This document shows positions 49,425-59,372 of a DNA stretch of 64,000 nt, piece after piece. Numbering within the stretch: the first letter of the stretch is position 1; every line of letters begins with the position of its first letter. The notes under the pieces were generated by a model that saw only the letters and a list, made by a program, of their open reading frames with translations, was not told the DNA's origin and did no database searches. The DNA lies in assembly GCA_036679645.1 (NCBI GenBank), contig JAZDCY010000028.1:1-64000 (forward strand), written 5' to 3'. Both the position numbers and the translations under genes were made by a program. The stretch is from Gemmatimonadota bacterium (GTDB lineage Bacteria > Gemmatimonadota > Gemmatimonadetes > Gemmatimonadales > GWC2-71-9).

Positions 49425-50543
49425 TCCAGGCGTGATCCTCCCCAGAACGCGCGGTCCCCTCGCCCCGGTCGCCGCCGGCACATTCCCCGGCCTCCCCCGC
49501 AACGTCAGCCAACCTAGTAGCGCGAACGCGACCGCTTCCTTCGCGTCGCCGTCGAAGAACAGATCGTCAAACCGCTTCAGATCGTAGGCCCCCAACGCCG
49601 TACGCAGCGCGTCCCATAACGCGGGATTGCGCGCGCCTCCGCCGGAAACGACGACCTCGGCAGACGCCGCCGGCAGCCAGCGGCGAAACTGATCGGCTAC
49701 CGACGCCGCCGTAAGTGCCACCGCGGTGGCGACGGCATCGTCGTCGCCTGTACCGGTCGCGGCCCGCGCGACCTGCTGCGACAGCCGCTTCGCGAACACC
49801 GGACCGAAACGCTCCCTGCCGGTACTCTTGGGCGGCGCCTGCTCGAAGAACGGATCCTGCATGAGTTGCTCGACAACCGCCGCGTGAGCTGTTCCGCGGC
49901 GCGCGCGAACGCCGTCGACGTCGAACGCGACCTCAGGACTGGACGCGCGGACGACGGCGTCGATCACCGCAACCCCCGGTCCCGTGTCGAACGCGATCAT
50001 GCAGTCGAGGCTGCCTCCGGCCGGGACCCAGGTGACGTTGGCGATACCACCGAGATTCAGAAGTGCGCGGTCGCGGTCCCTCGCCGCAAAGAGCAGCGCG
50101 TCGGCCATGGGCACGAGCGGCGCTCCCTGCCCACCCGCCGCGACGTCGCGGCTGCGAAAATCGCTCACGACCTGGACGCCCAGCGATTCCGCAATGACGG
50201 CCGGATCGGCCAACTGCAGCGACGCACGTCCCGGCTCATGCCACACCGTCTGGCCATGTGACGCGACGAACGCCAGTTCACCCGCACGGCGCCCGCCCAG
50301 CTCGAGAACCTCGAGTGCCACCTCCGCAAACCGGCGTCCCAGATCAACGTGCAACAGGGCACACTCACGGACCCCGCCGCACTCTATCGTGTCGAGAATG
50401 CGACGCCGCTCGCTCTCGGAGTAGGGAACGGTGTGAAATCCCAGCAACTCGACATCCGGACGATCACCCGCCAGCCGCACGAGCGCCGCGTCGATGCCGT
50501 CGAGCGACGTACCCGACATGAGGCCGACGCATAGCTGGCTCAC
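49419..50543 (-). CDS. anmK: anhydro-N-acetylmuramic acid kinase
   Basis: GLMSGTSLDGID, SHGQT, GGQGAPL, FDTGPG, PPKSTGRE and KEAVAFA. Confidence 0.96.
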   Translation of the reverse strand: MSQLCVGLMSGTSLDGIDAALVRLAGDRPDVELLGFHTVPYSESERRRILDTIECGGVRECALLHVDLGRRFAEVALEVLELGGRRAGELAFVASHGQTVWHEPGRASLQLADPAVIAESLGVQVVSDFRSRDVAAGGQGAPLVPMADALLFAARDRDRALLNLGGIANVTWVPAGGSLDCMIAFDTGPGVAVIDAVVRASSPEVAFDVDGVRARRGTAHAAVVEQLMQDPFFEQAPPKSTGRERFGPVFAKRLSQQVARAATGTGDDDAVATAVALTAASVADQFRRWLPAASAEVVVSGGGARNPALWDALRTALGAYDLKRFDDLFFDGDAKEAVAFALLGWLTLRGRPGNVPAATGARGPRVLGRITPGV

Positions 50544-51466
50544 GGGACAACCGGCGGCGGGTCCCCGATCACTCTCCGTATGACGCCGCCGGCTTCACCG
50601 AGGAGCCGCTGCGCTTCCTCCCGGCTCACCTCACGGCGCAGCATGACGAGGGCGTGTTTGACGTCGCCCTGGGCATCGCGGATCGCCGCACGCGCCGTCT
50701 CGCGATCGACGCCGCACACCTCCATCACGATCCGTTCTCCGCGATCGTGCAGCTTCGCGCTCAACGCCGTGAGATCGACCATCAGGTTGCCGTACGCCTT
50801 CCCGAGACGGATCATGGCACCAGTTGTGATCGTGTTGAGCACCAGTTTCGTGGCGGTCCCGGCCTTGAGCCGCGTCGATCCGGTGAGCGCCTCGGGCCCG
50901 ACCTTCACGACTACTGCGATCTCGACGATCTCGCCCAGCTCCGTCGGAACGTCCGAGCATGCGAGCACGACCGGAATTGCCTCTCGCTCGCGCGCGCGTC
51001 GCAGCGCGGCGTGCACGTAGGGTGTGGTGCCGCTCGCGGCGATCCCGATCACGACATCCGCCGACGACACGTCGAGCGCGTCGATTGCGCGCGCTCCCGC
51101 GGCCTCGTCATCCTCCGCGCCTTCCTGGCTGCAGACGAGAGCGTCCTTCCCTCCGGCGATGATCCCGACCACCATCTCAGGTGGCGTTCCAAAGGTCGGC
51201 GGGCACTCGGCGGCATCAAGTACGCCCAGGCGCCCGCTAGTGCCGGCGCCGACGTAGACGAGTCGACCGCCGCTCCGAAAGGCGCACACCACACGATCGA
51301 TGACCGCCGCAATCTCCTCACGCGCCGCATGGACCGCGCCGGGTATATCGCGATCTTCTGCATTGAGGATGTCCACGATCTCGACTGACGACGCCACATC
51401 GAGGTGGGCCGTCCGCGGGTTGCGGCGTTCCGTCAGGCGGGTATCCAGGTATTCGGGCGGGGGCAT
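50540..51466 (-). CDS. murQ: N-acetylmuramic acid 6-phosphate etherase
   Basis: TERRNP, GAGTSGRLGVLDAAECPPTFG and GPEALTGSTRLKAGTA. Confidence 0.96.
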   Translation of the reverse strand: MPPPEYLDTRLTERRNPRTAHLDVASSVEIVDILNAEDRDIPGAVHAAREEIAAVIDRVVCAFRSGGRLVYVGAGTSGRLGVLDAAECPPTFGTPPEMVVGIIAGGKDALVCSQEGAEDDEAAGARAIDALDVSSADVVIGIAASGTTPYVHAALRRAREREAIPVVLACSDVPTELGEIVEIAVVVKVGPEALTGSTRLKAGTATKLVLNTITTGAMIRLGKAYGNLMVDLTALSAKLHDRGERIVMEVCGVDRETARAAIRDAQGDVKHALVMLRREVSREEAQRLLGEAGGVIRRVIGDPPPVVP

Positions 51467-51510
51467 AGGCGCTAAATTACGTACTTCACCCATCCGGAGG
51501 CCAATACCCA

Positions 51511-53220
51511 ATGCGACGCGTGGCTGCGCTGCTGATTCTTGCTACCGCCTGCACGAGGATGCCTGGACTGGCTCCCGCCCGCGGGGCCGCTCCCTGGGAG
51601 ATTCCGGCAGAGTCCTACTCCAGCGCAGCCGAGCACGGCATGGTGGCGTCGATCTCGCCGATCGCGAGCGAGGTGGGCGTGGAGATCCTGCGGCGCGGCG
51701 GCAACGCGGTCGACGCGGCGATCGCGATGGGTTTTGCGCTCGCGGTCGTCCACCCGGCCGCCGGGAACATCGGCGGGGGCGGGTTCATGATGGTGCGGCT
51801 GGCGAGCGGGGAGGTCGTCTCCCTCGACTACAGGGAAACGGCACCCGGCGGGGCTACGCACGACATGTACGTGGCGCCGGACGGCACCCTGCGGAGCGAT
51901 CGCATGCTGGGACACCTGGCCTCCGGCGTTCCGGGCAGCGTAGCCGGTATGGCCGAAGCCCACCGGCGCTACGGCGCGCTCTCCTGGACGGATGTGCTGG
52001 CGCCCTCCGTCGAGCTGGCCCGGGATGGGTTCATCCTGGACGACTATCGCGCCCGATCGTTGGCCGGCGGCGCGCGCCGCTTGAGCCGCTTCGAGGCGTC
52101 GCGCCGGCAGTTCCTGCCCGGCGGCGAGCCACCGCCAGCGGGTTCGCGCCTGATCCAGACAGATCTGGGCCGCACGCTCCAGGCCATTGCCGACAGCGGG
52201 CCGGACGTCTTCTACCGCGGGTTTGTGGCGGACCTCATTGTCGCGGAGATGGAACGGGGTGGCGGGCTCATCACGCATGAGGATCTCGCGACGTACCGTC
52301 CCCTGTGGCGGGAGCCCATAAGATCGACGTACCGGGGACATATGGTGTACTCCATGGCGCCGTCCAGCTCGGGAGGGATTGCCATTGCAGAGATCCTCAA
52401 CATCCTCGAGCGCTACGATGCCTTGCCCCCATTCGGGTCGCCCGCGCACGTACACCTCCTCACCGAAGCAATGCGCCGCGCGTACGTCGATCGCAACCAC
52501 TATCTGGGCGACCCGGCATTCGTCGACATGCCGATTGCACGCCTGATCTCCGACGAATACGCGGCCGAACGCCAACGCACCATCGAGCCCGGGCGCGCGA
52601 CCCCGTCACCAAGTGTTCTGCCGGGCGTTCCGGACGGCGATCACACCACGCACTATTCGGTGGTGGACGGCGACGGCAACGCGGTCGCGGTGACGACCAC
52701 GATCAACACCGGATTCGGCAGTGCCGTAACCGTGAGCGGCGCGGGATTCCTACTCAACAATGAGATGGACGATTTCACAGCCGCGCCCGGCCAGCCCAAT
52801 ACGTTCGGCCTGGTTCAGGGAGAGGCCAACGCCATCGCGCCGCGAAAGCGCATGCTGTCTTCGATGAGTCCAACGATCGTGGAGGACCCTGCCGGCGATC
52901 TCCTGCTCGTCCTGGGCACACCGGGCGGGGCGACGATCATCAGCACTGTCGCGCAGGTGATTTCGAACGTGATCGATCACGGCATGTCCGCGACCGAAGC
53001 GGTGGCGGCGCCCCGCATTCACCATCAGGCGCTGCCCGACACGATCCGTTACGAGCGTGACGGCCTGAACGCGCGCACAGTGGCCCGGCTGCAGGACATG
53101 GGATATGCGGTAGTCGAGCGGCCGGGGTACAGCGGTCAGGTGGCCGCGATCTTCGTCCGGCGCGGCCACCTCATTGGGGTAATCGATCCTCGCAGCGGAG
53201 GTGGCGCCACCGGGTACTGA
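51511..53220 (+). CDS. ggt: gamma-glutamyltransferase
   Basis: GGNAVDAA, DYRETAP, HTTHYSVVD autocleavage site, LNNEMDDF and RMLSSMSPT. Confidence 0.96.
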   Translation: MRRVAALLILATACTRMPGLAPARGAAPWEIPAESYSSAAEHGMVASISPIASEVGVEILRRGGNAVDAAIAMGFALAVVHPAAGNIGGGGFMMVRLASGEVVSLDYRETAPGGATHDMYVAPDGTLRSDRMLGHLASGVPGSVAGMAEAHRRYGALSWTDVLAPSVELARDGFILDDYRARSLAGGARRLSRFEASRRQFLPGGEPPPAGSRLIQTDLGRTLQAIADSGPDVFYRGFVADLIVAEMERGGGLITHEDLATYRPLWREPIRSTYRGHMVYSMAPSSSGGIAIAEILNILERYDALPPFGSPAHVHLLTEAMRRAYVDRNHYLGDPAFVDMPIARLISDEYAAERQRTIEPGRATPSPSVLPGVPDGDHTTHYSVVDGDGNAVAVTTTINTGFGSAVTVSGAGFLLNNEMDDFTAAPGQPNTFGLVQGEANAIAPRKRMLSSMSPTIVEDPAGDLLLVLGTPGGATIISTVAQVISNVIDHGMSATEAVAAPRIHHQALPDTIRYERDGLNARTVARLQDMGYAVVERPGYSGQVAAIFVRRGHLIGVIDPRSGGGATGY

Positions 53221-53246
53221 CCGGCGGCGGCCCTCCGAATCCTTCC

Positions 53247-54029
53247 CTACCTCTGCATCTCCACCACGAACGGCGCCGTCAACACCAGCCGAATCGGGGC
53301 GCCTTCGGGCATGATGATGTCGATATCGCGTGTCGCCGCTGCAATCCCGGCACCGGCCGCCGCACCAGCCGCCGCGCCGACGATCGTGCCGGTGCGATTG
53401 CCCCCAATGATGCGCCCGGCGATGGCACCAACCACGGCGCCTGCGCCTACCCTTGCGGCATCTCCCGCAGTTACGCCGCGCCCCTTCATGAAGGCCCCGA
53501 TACTGTCGGTGCGAGCCTGCAGTTCGAACATCGCGTCGCCAAACTGCACGCGGTTGAAGGTGAGGACGAGGCGGCCCTCTCCACCGGGACTTTCGGCCGG
53601 GGCGATATCCGAGATCGTGCCGCTGAATATGGCGGCGGGTGGAATCACTACCCTGCCCGCGTCATCCAGCACGGCTTCCGCATTTGTTGCAACGACCTGC
53701 TCGCCCTTGGTGTTGTGCCGGGAAGTCAGCGTATCGCCCGCGGCCAGCGTGATGACCGTGCCCGCGGGGAGCGTCATCGTCACGCCGCGGGGAGCGGGCT
53801 CCCGCGCGGGTCTTCTGGCCGGCTGCGGAGCTGTGCGCGGCACGTTCAGGGTCTCCGTGGGCCGACCGGCGTCGGTCGCCGGCACGTCCGCGAGAGCCGC
53901 CACCGACTCCGCCGGGACAAGGCTGAGGTCGCGTGCCGTCTCGTCATCTGCCGGCCTGTCCCCGCCACCGCACGCCACCACGGCGACCGCTAGTGCCGCA
54001 AGGACTCCGCCTACGCGTATGGTAGTCAT
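53247..54029 (-). CDS. hypothetical lipoprotein with glycine-zipper segment
   Basis: VVA-C lipobox; LPAGT beta domain; GAGAVVGAIAG..GAAAGAAAG. Confidence 0.8.
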   Translation of the reverse strand: MTTIRVGGVLAALAVAVVACGGGDRPADDETARDLSLVPAESVAALADVPATDAGRPTETLNVPRTAPQPARRPAREPAPRGVTMTLPAGTVITLAAGDTLTSRHNTKGEQVVATNAEAVLDDAGRVVIPPAAIFSGTISDIAPAESPGGEGRLVLTFNRVQFGDAMFELQARTDSIGAFMKGRGVTAGDAARVGAGAVVGAIAGRIIGGNRTGTIVGAAAGAAAGAGIAAATRDIDIIMPEGAPIRLVLTAPFVVEMQR

Positions 54030-54088
54030 AGCGCCTCCAGGTGTGGTCGTACCAAACGGTTGCCCAACGAGCGGGCACCGGCAAGATG

Positions 54089-54814
54089 CTACAGACGGGA
54101 CCGCAGAAACTCAGGCGTGAGCCCTTGCAACCAGGACGCCATCAGCGTGAAATAACCGGTGGCCAACAGCAGCCCGACTGCCACCAGTACACCACCCGAG
54201 AACTTCTGGACCATCGGGATAAACCGGCGATACCGCTGGAACCAGCCGACGAACTTCTCGATCGCGAGCGCGGCGATGAGGAACGGCACACCGAGCCCGG
54301 CCGAGTAGACCAGCAGCAGGACGATCCCCTGCCCCAGGGTGGCCGTAGCGCTCGTGTACGCCAGCACCGCCCCCAGGATCGGGCCTATGCAGGGGCTCCA
54401 CCCTGCGCCGAAGGCCAAACCGACAAACGCGCTCCCCAAGTAGCCGAGCGGCTTGTTCTGAAGATGGATGCGGCGTTCCCGCGCGAAGATCCCGAGCTGG
54501 AAGACCCCCAGGAGGTAAAGACCGAAAACCACGATGAAGGCCCCGCCGAATCGCTCCAGCCAGACCCGGTGGGAGCGCAACAGCGTCCCCACCGCGGTCG
54601 CCGACGCACCCAGCATCACGAAGATCACCGTGAATCCCAGGATGAACGCCAGGGCATGCGTGACCGCGACCCAACGACGCCGCTCCATGTCATCCAGCGA
54701 GAGGCCGGTGATGAAGGAGACGTAGCTCGGCACGAGCGGCAGAACGCACGGTGACAGGAAGCTCAGGAGCCCCGCCACGAACGCCAATGGTATGCCTACG
54801 GCTTCAGTACTCAT
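54089..54814 (-). CDS. ccdA: cytochrome c biogenesis protein CcdA
   Basis: SFLSPCVLPL and WSPCIGPIL; multi-TM. Confidence 0.94.
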   Translation of the reverse strand: MSTEAVGIPLAFVAGLLSFLSPCVLPLVPSYVSFITGLSLDDMERRRWVAVTHALAFILGFTVIFVMLGASATAVGTLLRSHRVWLERFGGAFIVVFGLYLLGVFQLGIFARERRIHLQNKPLGYLGSAFVGLAFGAGWSPCIGPILGAVLAYTSATATLGQGIVLLLVYSAGLGVPFLIAALAIEKFVGWFQRYRRFIPMVQKFSGGVLVAVGLLLATGYFTLMASWLQGLTPEFLRSRL

Positions 54815-54856
54815 GGTATCCGCCCGTACAAACGGTGTAGGTCCCCCAGAGGTTCC

Positions 54857-55792
54857 TCACGGCGTCTGTGCCCGCGCAAAGAGACCGATCACCTTGTGCA
54901 CCAACTTGGCCGCCAGGAAATCGGGCGCGACCATCCCGGGTATGGGCGCCAACTCAACCACGTCGCACCCCACGACGTGCCGTTCCCGGAACACGCGCTC
55001 GAGCAGCTCGAGCGTGGGGTACCACTGCCCGCCTCCCGGCTCCGGTGTGCCCGTCGATGGGATCAACGCCGGGTCGAAGTAATCAACATCGATTGTGATG
55101 TAGACGTCGGGACCGAGCGCCGCCACGGCTCGATCGATCCAGCCGGGCGTCTCCAACTCGTGCGCGAAGATGGCGGGAATGTCATTTCGCCGGATCAGCT
55201 CCCGTTCGTCACCCGTAAGCGACCGAATCCCCACCGGGACGAGCCGCGCGGCATCGTGCACGCGGTACATGACACAGGCATGCGAGTAGGGCGTACCCTC
55301 ATACTCGGTGCGCAGGTCAGCATGCGCGTCCAGCTGGAGCACAGAGAGCATCCCCTTGGACAGGCGATCGGCGTGCGCCAGGATGGGCGGGCCCGAAACG
55401 GAATGCTCGCCCCCCAACATGATCACGAACTTCTCGGTGTCGAGCAGCGCATCGAACGCCCGCCGCAACTCGGCCATCGCGACCTCTGGGCCCGCTCCCG
55501 AGAGCATCAGCTCGGGTAGCGTGTGTAGGCCCACGCGGTACGGCTCGGCATCGAGAACCTCGTCGTACACTTCGACGTAGCGCGATGCGTGCAACAGGGC
55601 ACGCGGACCGAACCGGGTGCCACCCATGTACGACACCGTTGCCTCATAGGGAACCGGCAGGATCAGGACGGCCGCGTCGCGGAAGCCCGACTCATTCGGC
55701 GGGAGACCCAGAAAACTCTCCCCGGGGGCCCAGGGAAGGTCACGGAGTGCAGACGGCAGATCGGTTCCGGCCGCGTCGCGGAACTCGTTCAT
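54857..55792 (-). CDS. speB: agmatinase
   Basis: GGEHS, DAHADL, TIDVD..DP and GTPEPGG; ATGA-coupled to the arginine decarboxylase. Confidence 0.93.
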   Translation of the reverse strand: MNEFRDAAGTDLPSALRDLPWAPGESFLGLPPNESGFRDAAVLILPVPYEATVSYMGGTRFGPRALLHASRYVEVYDEVLDAEPYRVGLHTLPELMLSGAGPEVAMAELRRAFDALLDTEKFVIMLGGEHSVSGPPILAHADRLSKGMLSVLQLDAHADLRTEYEGTPYSHACVMYRVHDAARLVPVGIRSLTGDERELIRRNDIPAIFAHELETPGWIDRAVAALGPDVYITIDVDYFDPALIPSTGTPEPGGGQWYPTLELLERVFRERHVVGCDVVELAPIPGMVAPDFLAAKLVHKVIGLFARAQTP

Positions 55793-56349
55793 CCGCAGAA
55801 AATGACGGCGCTCATGGCGGTAACCCAACGTCCGTCGTCCTGCGCCTCGGCGGTGCAGCTCACGTTCAACGAGTTGACGATCTCCCCCGAGAGAAGCCAC
55901 TGCTCCCGACGCTCATCCCACGCCTGATCCGGATCGAAGGGCACACCAAGTACGGTGGCTAGCATGCTCGCTGCGAGATCCTCGGCGTAGTCGCCCGCAG
56001 GCTCCCTGCGCACACCGAATGCGTGGTGCTCGGAGATGTATCCGTGATGCGAGGGGTCGGCCGGGATCGCGAGCCCAATTGCCGCTGCCGCGAGACGAGA
56101 AGGCTCATTGGTCTGTGCCTCCGCGACGACGGCAAAGACTACCTGACCCGGTTGGAGCAGTGGCAGTCCCTCTTCCGGTCTCATGAGCTTGCAGTGGGGA
56201 GGGAAGATACTGCTCACCCGCACCAGATTGTATTGCGCAACGCGTGCTTCGCGCAGTGCCAACTCGAAGCTGGTGAGCTTTTCCTTGTGTCGTCCGACGC
56301 CCTTTGTGAGGAAGGCGCGCGTAGGTACGAACATCCTCGAGTCAATCAC
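55789..56349 (-). CDS. pdaD: pyruvoyl-dependent arginine decarboxylase
   Basis: SFELALREA, YNLVRVSSIFPP (S-S self-cleavage site), GYISEHH. Confidence 0.92.
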   Translation of the reverse strand: MIDSRMFVPTRAFLTKGVGRHKEKLTSFELALREARVAQYNLVRVSSIFPPHCKLMRPEEGLPLLQPGQVVFAVVAEAQTNEPSRLAAAAIGLAIPADPSHHGYISEHHAFGVRREPAGDYAEDLAASMLATVLGVPFDPDQAWDERREQWLLSGEIVNSLNVSCTAEAQDDGRWVTAMSAVIFCG

Positions 56350-56840
56350 GACGGTCGCTCCTCGCGTTCGTGACCTGTCACAGCCTCACGGGTCGTGTCC
56401 GAGGGAACGGGGTCATCGGCCTCAGCCGGGAACCACAGCTCGGGCGCGATCTCGACCGGGGGCTCCGCTTCACCCGCGCGCTCCCGCACGCCCCGGATGA
56501 CGTCCGGGAGCACCCTGTCCGGGCCGGCGCCGACTTCTTCTACCGACACATGCGCCTGGCCCTTCTCCTGCCCGCGGATGATGAGAATGTAGGTGCCCGT
56601 GTGAACCTGTAGCCGGTTCTCGTCAACTCGCACCGCAATCACAGCGGTTCCCCACTCGCGTTCCTCGTGCCGCACCGGTGGGAAGAGCCAGATGCGCTCG
56701 ACCTGGGCGACGGGCAGCACCTCAGCAACGGCCGACGCAAGTTTCGTCCAGCCGATGCCGAGCCCAGCTGCCCGCGTGTCCACCGCGTCCCGCGCGGGCC
56801 GCGTTGCCGACATTTCGATGGCCGAACCCTTCGTCGTCAT
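56346..56840 (-). CDS. hypothetical protein
   Basis: AGGGAG RBS; stop overlaps the decarboxylase start; no family recognised. Confidence 0.75.
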   Translation of the reverse strand: MTTKGSAIEMSATRPARDAVDTRAAGLGIGWTKLASAVAEVLPVAQVERIWLFPPVRHEEREWGTAVIAVRVDENRLQVHTGTYILIIRGQEKGQAHVSVEEVGAGPDRVLPDVIRGVRERAGEAEPPVEIAPELWFPAEADDPVPSDTTREAVTGHEREERPS

Positions 56841-56954
56841 CTCTCCCTGCGTTGTCCGCGATGTGGCATGGCGGTGCAACCCGATTGGGTCACACCGAAA
56901 TCTCGAAAAAGACGGCGCAAGATACTGGCAGCGGCGAGCCGTATCAAGGCGCCG

Positions 56955-59372
56955 TCACAGAACCGACACCGGATCGCGGTCGAACGAGACACGGACAGGT
57001 CCGCGGCGCACATGCGGGGCGCGGCGCGCTGCGTAGCGTTGCATCTTGCCGAGCAGCCTGCGGTCGCTCGACCTCAGGAGAAGATGCCAGCGCCACTGCC
57101 GTTTGACCCGCGCCAACGGCGCCGGTGCCGGCCCCACGACCTCCGCCGCATGAAGACCACGCGAACGGATCAGCCCACGGAACCACTGCGACAACTCGTC
57201 CGCCGCTCGCCCGACCCCCGTCTCGTCGGGACCACTCACAATCACACGTACCAAACCGACATGCGGTGGGTAGGCCGGAGCGCGGCGCTGCGCGAGTTCT
57301 CGTTTCGCGAACCCCACGAAGTCGTGATCACGCGCGGCGGTCAACGCGGCGTGCCCGACGCTGCGGGTCTGAACGAGCACTTCACCACCGCGCGGCCCGC
57401 GGCCCGCTCGACCCGCGACCTGGGCAATCAGCTGAAACGTGCGCTCGGCTGCCCGAAAATCCGGCAGATGCAGTCCTGTGTCGGCATCGACGACCCCAAC
57501 CAGCGTTACGCTCGGGAAATCGAGCCCTTTCGCGATCATCTGCGTCCCGAAAAGAATGTCGATCGCCCCGCTCCCCATCGCATCGAGTATACGCCGGTGC
57601 GACCACTTGCGCGTCGTCGTATCCGCATCCATCCGGGCCAGCCGCGCCCGAGGAAACCGTGTCTCGAGCCATTCCTCCAGCGACTGCGTCCCAATCCCGC
57701 GCGTCCGGCGCGTCTCGTGCCCGCATGCATCACACACGGGGGCGAGCGCCTCATAGTGATCGCAGTAGTGGCAGCGCAAGCGCACGGGTTGTTGGTGCAC
57801 GGTGAGCGCTATGGAGCAGTTGGGACATTCCTGCACGAGCCCACACGCCGGACACTGCACGTAGTGTGCAAACCCGCGCCGGTTGAGGAGAAGGAGCACC
57901 TGCTCGCCCGCTGCCAGGCGGGCTTCGACCGCGCGATCGAGCGCCTCGGACCAGGGAACTCCACGGCTCTGGGGCACGCGGGGGGCTGTCGTGAGGTCAA
58001 TTAGCGTGACCGGTGGAAGCGGCCTCGCCCCGACTCGTTCCGGCAACCCAACGACGGTGATGCGATCACGCTGTGCCCACGTTTCGAGCGACGGGGTGGC
58101 GCTGGCCAGCACGACGCGCGCGTTCTCGGCCCGGGCGCGAGCCAGCGCTACTTCGCGCGCGTGGTACCGCGGTGCCTTGCCGTGCTTGTAACTGGCGTCG
58201 TGTTCTTCATCTAGGACGATCGCCGCGAGGTCCCGTACCGGTGCGAAAACCGCCGATCGCGCACCCACGACAACATGACGCTGCCCGCTGGCGACGGCAC
58301 GCCACGCATCGGCGCGCTCGGCGTCGGAGAGCCCCGAGTGCAACACCGATACCGCGTCTCCGAACACACCGCGCACTCGCGCGACGGTCTGCGGCGTGAG
58401 GGCGATCTCGGGAACGAGCACGATCACGCCGCGACCAGCTGCGGCGTCACGGCGCACCGCCTCGAGGTAGACGGCCGTCTTGCCGCTTCCGGTCACGCCG
58501 AACAGCAGACTGGCCGTTCCTCGTTTCCTAGCGCCGAGCGCCTCGACTGCGCGACACTGGTCGGGGCTGAGCGTGTCGGGAGGGGGAGTCTCCACACCGG
58601 CGAACGGGTCCCGCAACCGCTCGCGTTCCTCTATGCGCGCCACGGAGCGCGCCACGAGCCCGTGCAGCACCGCAGGAGAAAACCCGACCTGCCGCACGAG
58701 ATGCGACCACAGAGCCTCTCCGCCCAGTTCGTCGATAATGTCGTAGGCCGTGCGTTGGCGCACGGCCCGTCCAAAGACCTGCTGGCGCTCCAAGAGCACG
58801 GGTAGGGATCGCGTGAGGACGACCACCCGTTCCTTGCCGGCGCGGGGTCCCAATCGCGGGGGCTCGGTCTCGAGCGTTACCGCACCCGTGCGTTCCAGCC
58901 GCTGGAGCGCGTCCCACACCGGCCGCTGCATCATCCGCGTCAACCGGCTCGCGGTAACTCGGCCGCCGGCCCGCTCGATCGCTTCGTACACATCGCCGCC
59001 AGCTCCACCCGGCACGCTTTCCGGTGCGCGCGCAACCGCAACCAGCCGCGACGCGCCCCACAACGCCCCCGGTAGCATCGCCCGCATCGTTACGCCGAGC
59101 GGTGTGGCGTAATAGCTCGCGACCCAGCGGGCCAAATTCAGCAACGACACCGGCATGATGGCACGAGGATCAGGGGCCAGGAGCACCGATCGAAGATCCG
59201 GAGCTTCGTCATCACCGGTCGCGACGACGATCCCCACCATCTCCCGCCCGCGCACCGGTACGACCACGCGTACCCCCGGCACCACGCGGTCCGCAAGGGC
59301 CCGCGGCAAGTTGTAGCGATAGGGATGCGCCGCGGGAAGTGGCAGCGCGACCGAGCAGGTGGTGGGAATCAC
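56955..59372 (-). CDS. priA: primosomal protein N' (replication restart helicase)
   Basis: GVTGSGKT, LVPEIALTPQ, DEEHD, SATPS, LNRRG, four CxxC, GTQMIAKG and QVAGRAGR. Confidence 0.97.
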   Translation of the reverse strand: MIPTTCSVALPLPAAHPYRYNLPRALADRVVPGVRVVVPVRGREMVGIVVATGDDEAPDLRSVLLAPDPRAIMPVSLLNLARWVASYYATPLGVTMRAMLPGALWGASRLVAVARAPESVPGGAGGDVYEAIERAGGRVTASRLTRMMQRPVWDALQRLERTGAVTLETEPPRLGPRAGKERVVVLTRSLPVLLERQQVFGRAVRQRTAYDIIDELGGEALWSHLVRQVGFSPAVLHGLVARSVARIEERERLRDPFAGVETPPPDTLSPDQCRAVEALGARKRGTASLLFGVTGSGKTAVYLEAVRRDAAAGRGVIVLVPEIALTPQTVARVRGVFGDAVSVLHSGLSDAERADAWRAVASGQRHVVVGARSAVFAPVRDLAAIVLDEEHDASYKHGKAPRYHAREVALARARAENARVVLASATPSLETWAQRDRITVVGLPERVGARPLPPVTLIDLTTAPRVPQSRGVPWSEALDRAVEARLAAGEQVLLLLNRRGFAHYVQCPACGLVQECPNCSIALTVHQQPVRLRCHYCDHYEALAPVCDACGHETRRTRGIGTQSLEEWLETRFPRARLARMDADTTTRKWSHRRILDAMGSGAIDILFGTQMIAKGLDFPSVTLVGVVDADTGLHLPDFRAAERTFQLIAQVAGRAGRGPRGGEVLVQTRSVGHAALTAARDHDFVGFAKRELAQRRAPAYPPHVGLVRVIVSGPDETGVGRAADELSQWFRGLIRSRGLHAAEVVGPAPAPLARVKRQWRWHLLLRSSDRRLLGKMQRYAARRAPHVRRGPVRVSFDRDPVSVL

